Positions 27,801 to 36,829 of a DNA stretch of 64,000 bases are shown one piece after another. Position 1 is the first letter of the stretch, and every line of letters begins with the position of its first letter. The stretch comes from Planctomycetota bacterium. Its GTDB lineage: Bacteria > Planctomycetota > UBA1135 > UBA2386. Under the pieces are notes generated by a model. It was not told where the DNA came from. It saw only the letters and a program-made list of their open reading frames with translations, and made no database searches. The position numbers and the translations under genes are program-made. The stretch lies in assembly GCA_965228735.1 (NCBI GenBank), contig OZ245838.1, positions 1,376,001 to 1,440,000 of the forward strand, given 5' to 3'.

Positions 27801-30009
27801 CCGGCGAATCAGCCGGGTTGGGATCGAGCCCCGCCTCGTCGAGCATCTCGAGCACGAGGTTGCCGTCGCGCCCGAGCAGCGCGAGCCGGTTGCGTTCGAG
27901 GTCGCCGTCGCCGTGATCGAGCAGCGTCACGCTGTCGAGCGTCTGCGGCTCCGCCCAGAACTTGACCGCGAACGGGTGCATGAACCCCATGTCCGCGCTG
28001 AACGGGAAGTTGATCTGGTGGCGGTTGCCGCCCTGCTGGGCGCCGCCGCTCCGGTTGGCCGGGCCGGTGTTCTGCATCAGGTACGGCCCGTCCTTGCTGA
28101 CGTCCTGCCCGCGCGGATCGAGCCCGAGCGCGAAGCTCTCGTAGCCGCGGATCGTGCGGGCCCACGTCACGGCGGGCGTCGACGCCGGCCCCGGACGCAT
28201 GCCCGCATCGACGTCGTCCTTCGACGCATAGCGCGGCGCGCCGAGCCCAATGCCCGGGAACGCGTGCGCGATCAGGTGCGGGTTGTGACGGCCCGCGGGA
28301 TCGACGCCGGCCTCGTTGGGCGGCACCGAACCGAGGTTGACCGGCGTCGTGAGCCAGAACGGCGCGCGCCGATCGAGGCGGAACGCATTTTCGAACTGTT
28401 CCTGCGTGCGCCAGTCGAGGTCGAGCTGGAAGCCCGGCACGGCGGCCGCGATGCCGACGCGCTCGTGGCGCGCCGCGATGTCGGCCGACAGCCGGCTGCG
28501 CTTGAGACTCGCCGCCGCGCGGAACCGGATCCACGGGCCGCTGTCGAAGCAGACCGGCGCGCTCCCCATCTCGAGGATCGCATCGCGCCCGGTGCGCAGG
28601 TTGCGATAGAGCAGCACCCACTGCATCTTCGACGCGAAGCCGTTCGCCGCATCGAGCCGCGGCACGAACAGGCGCTCGCAGAGATCCTGCCAGCTCCGGT
28701 ACGGCCCGTCGTTCTCGCGGCTGCTCACGATCTCGTCGACGAGCGCTTTCGCCGTGCGCCGGGTGATCGGCATCGGCGGCTGGGTCTGCTGGCGGCCACC
28801 CGCGTGCACCCGGATGTCGCTCGCGCGCCGGTTGTCCTCGAACACCGCCATGAGCACGTTGGCGGGCGCCGTGTTGATGTTGACGGGCGGCGGCACGAGC
28901 GGCTCGACGACGGTCGTGTCCGCGGCGAACGTCCGCGCCACCGGCATGAGCAGCTCGAGCCGGAAGATCGACGGCAGCACGAGGTCGCGCTGCGTGCGCT
29001 CCTGCATGTTCGTCGAGCGCATCACGACGTTGTACTCGACCGCGCCGCTCTCCATGTCGCGCAGCCGAACGGTGCTGCCCGCACCGACGTGGATCGCGTT
29101 CTTCACGCGCAGGCTGCGCGACAGCCCCGCCTGCATCGTGTCGAACACGCGCACGGGCCGCCCCCAGGTCGCCGACCGATGCGCCATCGTCGTGACGTGC
29201 AGCGCGGCTTCGAACTTGTCGATCTCCGGTTGCGAGAACTGGCCGATGCCGAACTCACCGACCTCGGCAAGCTCCGACACGGCAGCGTAGGGCCGGCGAT
29301 CGGCCACGGACGACGCGCGGCCGAGGTGCGGCCACGCGGCCGCGATCACGCAGCGGAAGTCGAGCGCGAGCAGCCGCACGGGATACGGCTCGGTCGGCTT
29401 GGCGAAGCCCTGGTCCTGGAACAACGCCCGTTCGAGCTCGAGGAGGCGATTGCCCTCCTTGCTGCCGTAGCGGATGACCTCGTGCCCGATCCAGAGGAAG
29501 CCCTCGTCGGGCAGCGATTCGGCCTGGTCGACGACCATCGCGCCCGCATCGGGCTCGAGCGGCTCGGCCAGGCGCACGGCCGTGCCGAGGACGTTCGCGA
29601 GCACGAGCGGCGAGGCCGCGTCGAGCGCCAGGTAGCGCTGCAGGTCCTCGACGCTGCCGCCGAGCGTGGTCCGCCCGTTGCTCTGCATCTGGGTCATCGC
29701 CTCGGGCAACACGACCCGGTCGGGCAGCTCCGCGAGCCCGTCGAACTCCGGATCCTCGTCGAACGGCGGATGCGACAGCACGGCATCGGCGATCAGCAGG
29801 TCGCGCACGCTCGCGGACGCCTGCTCGGCGCGCGCGGAGTCGACCTCACGCGCCGCGGCGTCGGCGCCCGCAGTCATGGACACGCTGAACGGCAGCGCCA
29901 GCAGCATCAGCAGCGTGAGCGCGAACAGCACCGCGAGCAGCGCAACGCCGCGCTCACCGCGCTCGAACCGACCGCGCGACTCGACTCGCGACATCAAGAC
30001 CGTCGTCAT
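24802..30009 (-). CDS. Giant (1735 aa) GspK/PilX-like pseudopilin with repeated beta modules and a LamG-like segment
   Basis: G|VALLAVLFALTLLMLLA (no Glu5, typical of K/X), VNINTAP motif, LamG-like FAVKFWAEP..HLAVS..LHVDG. Confidence 0.8.
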   Translation of the reverse strand: MTTVLMSRVESRGRFERGERGVALLAVLFALTLLMLLALPFSVSMTAGADAAAREVDSARAEQASASVRDLLIADAVLSHPPFDEDPEFDGLAELPDRVVLPEAMTQMQSNGRTTLGGSVEDLQRYLALDAASPLVLANVLGTAVRLAEPLEPDAGAMVVDQAESLPDEGFLWIGHEVIRYGSKEGNRLLELERALFQDQGFAKPTEPYPVRLLALDFRCVIAAAWPHLGRASSVADRRPYAAVSELAEVGEFGIGQFSQPEIDKFEAALHVTTMAHRSATWGRPVRVFDTMQAGLSRSLRVKNAIHVGAGSTVRLRDMESGAVEYNVVMRSTNMQERTQRDLVLPSIFRLELLMPVARTFAADTTVVEPLVPPPVNINTAPANVLMAVFEDNRRASDIRVHAGGRQQTQPPMPITRRTAKALVDEIVSSRENDGPYRSWQDLCERLFVPRLDAANGFASKMQWVLLYRNLRTGRDAILEMGSAPVCFDSGPWIRFRAAASLKRSRLSADIAARHERVGIAAAVPGFQLDLDWRTQEQFENAFRLDRRAPFWLTTPVNLGSVPPNEAGVDPAGRHNPHLIAHAFPGIGLGAPRYASKDDVDAGMRPGPASTPAVTWARTIRGYESFALGLDPRGQDVSKDGPYLMQNTGPANRSGGAQQGGNRHQINFPFSADMGFMHPFAVKFWAEPQTLDSVTLLDHGDGDLERNRLALLGRDGNLVLEMLDEAGLDPNPADSPAGVERTSLRVEVPLAEINLPADTPVHLAVSAQSGRPHDLSLHVDGVPRGKQQFVTYLTSPIDAFDPQAQITQNTFPPGAGNQRYLNIDVEDADGFPPQGVLRIGTELFEYTAVSGNTFQCQWLDSFGGRGARQIASEHRPDIPLDAEGNPSIDIDQLQGVNLDVYPSHPVGARVELYGYCNLLSPDSPMMVGETRLGSAVGGFAVARGFLTSPRPIQLQIQGMGPINIGSGLDENWAGDLELANPEPAQQGERRMPTNAAQEDIFNGFPETGGYALLLQRRWQFRANVQGQIAVSEPAGGIEVIRYGSRNGSRLVDVQRAQSVPGDDSRINSDIYDGTARKFITEYNIDWAWDRNADPVIYWNNVPGIILWVIPISLPVQDPRSLWDPQVTQLTEWVQLLPDGGDVDDTEWVRYDAILGNQHIARVNRAAWNWTYNGLVDVVGVTNVEVGPLGPSATPAGATTPPWPNVQATSDYIGYVPQLEANFPQIHRARARLAFRGDMMLDFRTGGSHRTSSHPHSNSIVMQCQRLDMRSWGNFGAFNGRPGRHDRVALIQGSAASGDSRPTVEWHTVNWAARRYRSDNLSNNRTPSELLGPWPFQLVAFKQGVRGLFTGPPQNRNQITDPRSFDRMVKFPSGELPAAYCAQVPVGAGIGNDSPIAGFVDEIEVVQHRLPQLVVDEAFTANAQTFLVRVYSSHTTTGMVTWTNDQTADYPRQGGLLEIDGEILAYSDLVNGQFTIATNGRGLLGTEQRDHDRGARVRLLTNRPVAILSGQAAARDNVFRVQGRGAMPSMGTFRLGNELAHYTWMRVQGDNVTLEMPRWYPEGQAGTSSLARGLFRGRFGTAPNSASSGQPLIEWPFRYWDRHADRSDDPELAYAQLTHTSAPAFFRSISWREEVRDSTVDVVCHVRTNGRAPWTADPTTTPGLFEFTRNGEDDEPRIIGAQSSRIEVRFSTMYQPGALDLIGQQAHGWKTSARVSRVRVEYEGQTRIFDERVTTR

Positions 30010-30962
30010 TGCTGTTCCTCCAGCGTCAGCAGCTTGACCTCGGTCGAACCGAGCGGCTCGCCCGTGGCGCTGAACTCGATGCGGTAGGGTCGGTCCGGCT
30101 GCAGTTGCGTGGGCAGGTACTGGGTCGGGCCGAAGCCGTAGGCGAACACCCGCAGCTCGTCGACCATGCCGGCGATCGCATCGTCGCCCGGCGAGACGAC
30201 GAGCTCGTCGCCGTCGTCCTGCAGCGGCCGACCGTCCGCGATCTCGCGGTCGACCTCACGGCCGTCGATCGTGAGCCAGCATTCGCGGCCGTCGCACGCG
30301 AATTCGACGGTGCTCCAGCGTCGCAGCGGCAGCGCCAGGTCGCTCTGCACGTTGGCGACGTTGCTCGCCTGCGCGGACCCACCGGTGAGCCTGAGCCGCG
30401 CCCACGGCCGGCTGTCGGCATCGAGCCGGAGGTCGACGACGCCGCCCCAGCTCAGCAGCGTCGCGTCACCGCGCGCCTCGAGGTAGACGTCGCAGCGGAT
30501 CGCGAAGCCGTCCGACAGATCCGCCACCGTCGGCGGCGCGGCCCAGCGCAGGATCGGCACCTCACGCTCGGGATCGTTGCGGCGCGCGTGCCCGAACCGA
30601 CCGTTCTCGACGTCGCGCCCGGCGATGACCGGCCGCAGCGTCTCGTCGGCGACCGGCTCGTCCGGTTCGAAGTGGAACGACACGACGGGCTCGAGCAGGC
30701 GTGAGCGCACGGTCGCCGGCTGACCGTCCACGCCCGGCACAACGATGACCTCGGTCGGCAGACCGCCGGCCCGCGCCGTCCACTGCGCCGCCCGCAGTTC
30801 GCCGCCGAGCACCGCGTCCGCGACCTGATACGGGTCCGTCCGCCCGAGATACCCGACCGCGAGTCCGAACAGCACGGCGAGCACACCGCAGACGACCATG
30901 AGTTCGAGCAGCGTGAAGCCCGCTGCCATCCGGTCCGCTCGGTTCGTCGTCGCTGCTGTCAT
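30006..30962 (-). CDS. Prepilin-type pseudopilin (GspH/FimU-like) with inserted LamG domain
   Basis: G|FTLLELMVV, ELRAAQWTAR, GRFGHA, WSTVEFACDG..LTIDG, GMVDELRV, IEFSATG. Confidence 0.82.
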   Translation of the reverse strand: MTAATTNRADRMAAGFTLLELMVVCGVLAVLFGLAVGYLGRTDPYQVADAVLGGELRAAQWTARAGGLPTEVIVVPGVDGQPATVRSRLLEPVVSFHFEPDEPVADETLRPVIAGRDVENGRFGHARRNDPEREVPILRWAAPPTVADLSDGFAIRCDVYLEARGDATLLSWGGVVDLRLDADSRPWARLRLTGGSAQASNVANVQSDLALPLRRWSTVEFACDGRECWLTIDGREVDREIADGRPLQDDGDELVVSPGDDAIAGMVDELRVFAYGFGPTQYLPTQLQPDRPYRIEFSATGEPLGSTEVKLLTLEEQQ

Positions 30963-30984
30963 TCGGCGCTCGCGCTGGTTCTGG

Positions 30985-31629
30985 TCAGTTCCTGGGCCAC
31001 ACGATGTCGTCGTCCGTGCCGAACGTCCGGTCCTTGCCGGCGCTCACGAACTGGTATTTCCGCGCGCCGACGAAGTCACCGCCAGCGGTGCGCGCAGCCT
31101 GAACGTCCTGGCTCTGACCGTCGATGCCGACGATCGCCTGGGACTGCTTCATCGTGAACTTGGTGAAGTACGCGATCGGCGTGCCCCAGGCGTCCGCGAT
31201 CTCGATCCGGTCCGACCGCCCGCCGAGCAGCCGATGTTCGGCCCCGTGCTGGTCCTCGTCCGTGTTCACGATGTTCTGGTCGAGCCCGCCGAGATCCGTG
31301 CCGCCGCGCCGCGAATGGCTCACGAACGCGACGAGCGATTCGATGCCGGTGTTGCGACCGTTGTCGCGCTTCCAGCCGGCAGCGGCCTTCTCGAGCTCGT
31401 GCCCCTTCTCGGGGAATGTCATGTCCGCCGGCGGGTAGACCCCGTGCGACCGTTCGAACGACGAACACGCGCTGTCGAGCTGCACGAAGATCGCCTCCGT
31501 CTCGGCCGCGGCCGCCTCGTCGTTCGCGCCCATGATGTTGGGCAACAGCGCGGCGGCGAGCAGGCCGAGGATCGCGATGACGATCATGAGCTCGACGAGG
31601 GTGAATCCGGCGGTCTTGTAGTTCTGCAT
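30985..31629 (-). CDS. Major pseudopilin, GspG-like
   Basis: G|FTLVELMIVIAILGLLAAALLP, GVYP, DAWGTPIAY, SAGKDRTFGTDDDI. Confidence 0.88.
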   Translation of the reverse strand: MQNYKTAGFTLVELMIVIAILGLLAAALLPNIMGANDEAAAAETEAIFVQLDSACSSFERSHGVYPPADMTFPEKGHELEKAAAGWKRDNGRNTGIESLVAFVSHSRRGGTDLGGLDQNIVNTDEDQHGAEHRLLGGRSDRIEIADAWGTPIAYFTKFTMKQSQAIVGIDGQSQDVQAARTAGGDFVGARKYQFVSAGKDRTFGTDDDIVWPRN

Positions 31630-31670
31630 CTCGATAGTTCTCAGCGGTACCAAACTCAACGCTCCCAAAC

Positions 31671-34385
31671 TCAACGTTCCTTATTGCGCTCCAGCACGTA
31701 GTCGTCGAACACCACGTCGCACTGCGCGCCAGGCTGCCCCTCGACGAACAGAACCGTATCGAGCGTGGTCTGGGTCGATCCGCTGAGCCGCTTGAGCTCG
31801 CGCTGGTGGATGACCTGACCGTCCCAGCTGACCATCAGCACGAACGTGTTGCCGGCCTGCTTGCCCTGCGGCAGCACGCGCAGTTCGAGGCGGTGCTTGC
31901 CCGAGCGCGTGAAGTTGCCGACGCCGAGGTCGGCCGCCTTGAAGCGCTCGACCTCCTTGTCGTCGATCACGAAGTAGGGTTCGCCGTCCCGGACGCCGAG
32001 ATCGGCGCGGAAGCCGTTGCGGCTGCTGCTGCCCTGCTGGGCCTGGATCCGCAGCCCGGCAAACCCGGAGCGCGAATGCGACGAGCCGAGCTGCATGTCG
32101 ATGGCGACGGCGAGGAAGTTCTTGCCGTTCTGGATCGCGTTGTTGCGCTTGGCCGAGACGAGACCGCGACCACCGGTCGGGAACTTGCCCTGGATCACGA
32201 GCTTGCCGCCCTCGATCTTCGGCCGCAGGGTGCCCTCGTACCCGATATCCCAGACGCTGCCGAGATCCCGGCGCTCGAAGCCGTCCTCGAGCATCTCCTT
32301 CTTCGCGTGCTCGTCGATCGCGATGCGCGTGTCGTCGGCCCAGAGCTTGAACGGGTCCTCCTTGCCGAGGTCCTCGCCCATGCGCAGCAGCACGGCGACC
32401 GCGTCGTCCACGCGGCCGAGCGCGTAGTCGACGACGGCGAGCGCACCGCGCGCGAACAGCTTGTCGGTGTCGTTTTCCGCGACGTTCTGCGCCCGCATGA
32501 ACGCGGCCCGGGCGCCGCGCTGGTCCGTGGCGGCGAAGTGCTGCAGACCCTGCATGATGTAGAGCTCCGCACGCTCGAGCGGTGCAAGCTGCACGGCCCG
32601 ATCCGAGTAGCGCGCGGCATCGAGCGCGAGCTGCGCGGACTGGGCCCCGAACTCGATCACGGCGCGCTCGCCGAGCACCTGCGACTTCTCGACGATCGCG
32701 TGCACGAAGTCGTCGTGATGCGCGAGCGCGTTCGACAGCGCCTCCTGGCTCTGGTCGAGCTGGCCGTTGAGCCGCATCGCGCGGCCGCGCAGGTACAGCG
32801 AGTAGGCGTCCTGCGGGTTGGCCTCGAGCGCCCGGTCGGCCCACGCGAGCGACGCCTCGAAGTTGCCGATCCTCTGATAGAGCAGCGCCATGCCGCTCGC
32901 GGCCCGGTGGCGCAGGAGCGGCGCATCGCGGTACACCTCGAGCAGCGCATCGCAGGCCTCCTGCCAGCGCTCGAGCCGCAGCAGGCACGCCGCCGCGCCG
33001 AGGCGCGCCTCGTTGCGTGCCCGGATGCCGGCCGACCCCACGCCCTGGAACAGCCCGAGCGCCCGCTCGACCTCGCCGGCGGCGTAGGCGATCGCGCCGT
33101 CGAGCACCGGCGGCGCGATCGTCGACGCGACCTCGGAGCGCGCATCGCGCGCGCCCTGCACGTCGCCCACCGCGAGCCGGCACGACACGATGATGCGCAC
33201 GACCCGCGACTTCTCGGTGTTCTGCTGCAGCGCGCCGAAGTGGCGCTCGGCGCGGTCGGCGAACGCCACGGCCTCGCCGCTGCGCTCCTGATCGAGCAGG
33301 AACTCGGCGAGCGACGCGAGGCTGCCCGCGTCGTTCGGCGTGAGCTCGACGGCCCGCCGCAGGTTCTGCTCCGCGTCGACGCGCAGCCCGAGGCGGGCCT
33401 GCAGCCGGCCGAGGCTCTCGTAGCGGAACGACGTCTCGCGCAGTTCGCCAGTCATGCCCATGAGCAGCTGCAGCTCCTGCTGCACGTCGCCCATGGCCTG
33501 CAGCACCCGCTGCTGCCAGCGCAGACCGCGCAGCTCGCCCTTGGCGATCGCGGTGATCTCCTTGGCCTGCTCGAGCGCGTCCTCGTAGACGGACACGTCC
33601 TCCTTGGCCCACTCGAGCAGGTCGACGATCAGCACCTCGCGTTCGTCGACGCCGCTGTAGCCGGACGGGATCGCGCGGCGCCGGCGCTCGATCTCGTTGC
33701 GCAGGTTGTCCGCCAGCGCGATCCGCTCGACCACACCGCTCGTCGGGTTCGAACCGACGAACTCCACCTCGTTGCCGAGTTGGCCCTTGCTGACGCGGTA
33801 GACGCGGATCCGAACCACGACGTCGCTGAAGTCGGTGAGCTTCTCCGCGTCGAACTTGTTCATCCCGTCGACGGACACGAATCCGAAGAGCGGGTTCCGC
33901 ATGCCGGCCTGCCAAACCCGATCGTAGGTCTTGGCGGCCTGCTCCCGCATCTGCTCCGGGTCGGGCGGCCCCTCGACCGCCGTCGGATCCTGGGTCTCGT
34001 CCTCGCTCGGGGTCTCGGCCGCGGTCTCGGACACGGTGGCGCCCTGCGCAACGCCACCGTCCATCGCAAGCCGCACGAGATTGCGATAGTCGAACCCGGT
34101 CGGCAGCGGCAGCGCCGCGACCGACGCGGGCGAACGCGGCGGGAAGTCGAGATCGCGCGGCGGCAGCGGTCGGGTCTCGCGCGGCTGCGTGAACAGGTCG
34201 CGGCGCGTCGGCACGGGCGCGTCGGTCTCGACGAGCGGCGCCTTGGCTACGGGCATGACCTCGAGGTCCGTCGGGTTCGGGAGCCGCCCCTGGAGCACCA
34301 CGGCACCCTGCATGTAGGCGTAGACCCCGTAGGCGCCGAGCAGGATCGCGATCAGCGCGAGGACTTGTTCTTTCTTCAGACTCAC
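31671..34385 (-). CDS. Membrane-anchored TPR protein with C-terminal beta domain
   Basis: N-terminal TM; multiple TPRs (AEQNLRRAVELTPND, ALEANPQDAYSLYLRG); GTGA overlap with upstream gene. Confidence 0.85.
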   Translation of the reverse strand: MSLKKEQVLALIAILLGAYGVYAYMQGAVVLQGRLPNPTDLEVMPVAKAPLVETDAPVPTRRDLFTQPRETRPLPPRDLDFPPRSPASVAALPLPTGFDYRNLVRLAMDGGVAQGATVSETAAETPSEDETQDPTAVEGPPDPEQMREQAAKTYDRVWQAGMRNPLFGFVSVDGMNKFDAEKLTDFSDVVVRIRVYRVSKGQLGNEVEFVGSNPTSGVVERIALADNLRNEIERRRRAIPSGYSGVDEREVLIVDLLEWAKEDVSVYEDALEQAKEITAIAKGELRGLRWQQRVLQAMGDVQQELQLLMGMTGELRETSFRYESLGRLQARLGLRVDAEQNLRRAVELTPNDAGSLASLAEFLLDQERSGEAVAFADRAERHFGALQQNTEKSRVVRIIVSCRLAVGDVQGARDARSEVASTIAPPVLDGAIAYAAGEVERALGLFQGVGSAGIRARNEARLGAAACLLRLERWQEACDALLEVYRDAPLLRHRAASGMALLYQRIGNFEASLAWADRALEANPQDAYSLYLRGRAMRLNGQLDQSQEALSNALAHHDDFVHAIVEKSQVLGERAVIEFGAQSAQLALDAARYSDRAVQLAPLERAELYIMQGLQHFAATDQRGARAAFMRAQNVAENDTDKLFARGALAVVDYALGRVDDAVAVLLRMGEDLGKEDPFKLWADDTRIAIDEHAKKEMLEDGFERRDLGSVWDIGYEGTLRPKIEGGKLVIQGKFPTGGRGLVSAKRNNAIQNGKNFLAVAIDMQLGSSHSRSGFAGLRIQAQQGSSSRNGFRADLGVRDGEPYFVIDDKEVERFKAADLGVGNFTRSGKHRLELRVLPQGKQAGNTFVLMVSWDGQVIHQRELKRLSGSTQTTLDTVLFVEGQPGAQCDVVFDDYVLERNKER

Positions 34386-35194
34386 TTCGGCGACTCCTTG
34401 AACGCGATGCCGGTCAGGGTCCCTTGCACGACCACGGGCTCACCGATCTGCTCGGGCTGCTGCATCTGCACGTTCTCGACCACGAGCGTGCGCCCCGGCT
34501 CGCGACACGATTCGAAGAACCGCGTGAGCGTCGCGGCGTCAGCTTCGAACTTGAACGCCACGCGCTCCTGTTCGACGTAGTCCGCGAGGTCGACGCCGTC
34601 ACGGCCACCGCGCCGGAACCGCGGCCGCGACGACCGCTTCCGGACGTCGGCCCGCAGCTGCAGGATCGAGCGCAGCCCGACCGCGTCGGGATCGGCGGCG
34701 AACGCCGCGTCGTGCGCCGCGAACAGGCGCTTCGTCGCCTCGTCCAGCAGTTCGATCGCGAACATCACGCGCTTGATCTCGTCGACGCTGGAGGGCACCG
34801 GCCACTGGATCTCGCGCTCGGTCACCTCGACGTTGCGCTCGTTGGCCCGATCGGCGATCGCGGCCTTGAGCTCCCGGCTCTTCTCGAACAGCAGACTGCC
34901 CGCGTCCTGCCCGGCCGCGACCTGGTAGTCCGCGCCGCGCTCGAAGGCCAGCACGCTCTCGAGTCGCTGGCGCTCGGCCTGCAGCGCCTCCTGCTCGGCG
35001 AGCAGATCGTCCTGCGCGTTCTTGCCGTAGAGCTCGCGCGGCAGCTGGTTGCGCATCCGCGACAGTCCGCTGCGCGCCGCCGCCGGATCGTAGATCGACT
35101 CGATCACGGCTTGCCCGATGAGGAACAGGATGAACCCGACCACCACGCCGATCAGCCAGCGCTTGTTCTCCTGCACGAATGCTCCGATGTCCAT
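34382..35194 (-). CDS. PilO/GspM-like membrane protein
   Basis: N-terminal TM, coiled coil, C-terminal alpha/beta domain; position after pilMN. Confidence 0.6.
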   Translation of the reverse strand: MDIGAFVQENKRWLIGVVVGFILFLIGQAVIESIYDPAAARSGLSRMRNQLPRELYGKNAQDDLLAEQEALQAERQRLESVLAFERGADYQVAAGQDAGSLLFEKSRELKAAIADRANERNVEVTEREIQWPVPSSVDEIKRVMFAIELLDEATKRLFAAHDAAFAADPDAVGLRSILQLRADVRKRSSRPRFRRGGRDGVDLADYVEQERVAFKFEADAATLTRFFESCREPGRTLVVENVQMQQPEQIGEPVVVQGTLTGIAFKESPK

Positions 35195-35209
35195 CTGGGT
35201 ATCTCCCTG

Positions 35210-36826
35210 CTACTCCGTGCCGCCGAAACGGACCTTGAACTCGAATGGCAGCGTGTCGTCCACGCTGACGCCCCCGGTCTGGTCCACGGCCGCTCCGACC
35301 GCCTCGAGATCGGCCTTCACCCGCTTGTAGAACTCGATGTAGACCTCGTTGACGTCCACACCGTTGATCTCCTTGCCGACGCCCTTGACGGTGATCGTCG
35401 TGCCCTTCGGCGCGTTGCGCGAACCGCCGCTCTTGCTGCCGACGTCGAACTTCTCGATCCACAGCTGCGGCGGCAGGTGCTCGGCGAGCGCGCGCTGCAC
35501 GCGCAGCAGCCCGTTGAGCGGCACCGCCTGCGCGCTGAGGTGATCGACGAGGGCGCGCGCGACCTTGTTCTCCTCGATGAGCGACTCGGCCGCGGAGTGC
35601 ACCGACCGCGCGCGGTTGATCGCCGCGCGTTCCCGACCAGCCGCTGCGGCGGCCGCCTCATAGGTCTCCTTGCTCTTCTGCATGATGAAGACCAGCAGCC
35701 CGATCGCGACGAGCGCGGCGAGGATGTTCCAGACCGTGCGCTGCTGGAACTGCTGCTTCTTGCGCACCGACTCCGGCAGGATCGCGAGCTCGTAGAGCGT
35801 GTCGTCGAGCTGCCCCGCGGCGAGCCCGAGGGCGACGACGGCCTCGTAGCGCATCTCCTGCAGCTGCTCGGCGTCCTCTTCGGGCAAGCCCGACAGGTCG
35901 AGGTTGGCGAACGGGTCGAACAGTTCGACCGGGCACCGCAGCTGTTCGCGCAGCATGCCGCGCACGCCGCGCAGGCGCGCGCCGCCGCCGCTGAGCAGCA
36001 CGCGGTCGAGCCGCAGGTCCTGGATCTTGGTCTGCGCCTTGCAGAACGACAGCGAACTCTGGATCGCCGCGCTGATCGAGGTCGCCGCGCCGCCGACGGC
36101 CATCGTGACCTTCTCGGCCTGGCCGCTCGCGTAGCGCCCGCGCGACGCGGGATCGAGGTCGAGCAGGTCCTTCTTGAGCGTCTCGGCCTTGCGCGCGCCG
36201 ACGTTGAACGACGCCGCGATCGCGTCGTCGAGCGCCTTCGTGCCGGTCGTCAGGTTGCGCGCGAACAGCAGGTCGGTGCCGCGCACGAGCGCGATATCGA
36301 TCGTCTCGTGGCCGATGTTGGCGAGACAGACGACGGTGTCGGGCTCGACCGGGCCGCATTTGAGGAACGCGTTGTAGAGCGCCGTGCAGTTGGGCGTGAA
36401 CGCGCCGGCACCGCCGCCCGCGTCCTTGAGGTCGCCCTCCATGCGCTCGAGGCTCTCGTCCTTCGCGAGCGCGAGCAGGATCGTCTCGACCTCACCCTCG
36501 GGATCCTCGATCGGCAGCAGGTTGTAGTCGGCCGACAGCGAACCGCCCGACTGCTGCGACAGGTCCTGGATCTCGAGATCCATGAGGTTGCGCAGCTGCC
36601 AGTCCGGCGTCGGCGGCACCTGACTGTAACGCAGCGTCATGTCCTTGCCGGCGAGGCCGCACACGACGTCCTTGAGCGGAATGTCCGACTCGGCGAGCGA
36701 CACCGGGTTCTCGCCGCGCGGCAGACCCGCGAAGCGCGTGACGCGCAGGCCGTGCTTCGTGGTCTCCGCGACGAGCACCTTGGCCGAGTGATGGCCGATG
36801 TCGACGGCAGTGGATTTCTTGGCCAT
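35210..36826 (-). CDS. pilM: PilM (actin-like) fused to PilN-like TM/periplasmic domain
   Basis: AVDIGHHSAKV, NIGHETIDI, LLSGGGARLRG, FDPF, ALGLA, then ILPES + TM + PPQLWI..ITVKG. Confidence 0.88.
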   Translation of the reverse strand: MAKKSTAVDIGHHSAKVLVAETTKHGLRVTRFAGLPRGENPVSLAESDIPLKDVVCGLAGKDMTLRYSQVPPTPDWQLRNLMDLEIQDLSQQSGGSLSADYNLLPIEDPEGEVETILLALAKDESLERMEGDLKDAGGGAGAFTPNCTALYNAFLKCGPVEPDTVVCLANIGHETIDIALVRGTDLLFARNLTTGTKALDDAIAASFNVGARKAETLKKDLLDLDPASRGRYASGQAEKVTMAVGGAATSISAAIQSSLSFCKAQTKIQDLRLDRVLLSGGGARLRGVRGMLREQLRCPVELFDPFANLDLSGLPEEDAEQLQEMRYEAVVALGLAAGQLDDTLYELAILPESVRKKQQFQQRTVWNILAALVAIGLLVFIMQKSKETYEAAAAAAGRERAAINRARSVHSAAESLIEENKVARALVDHLSAQAVPLNGLLRVQRALAEHLPPQLWIEKFDVGSKSGGSRNAPKGTTITVKGVGKEINGVDVNEVYIEFYKRVKADLEAVGAAVDQTGGVSVDDTLPFEFKVRFGGTE

Positions 36827-36829
36827 GCC

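Noticed and set aside
24802..30009. Prophage tail gene
   Set aside because: Despite tail-like modules it has a class III signal-like N-terminus and is translationally coupled to pilin genes; no capsid, terminase or integrase nearby
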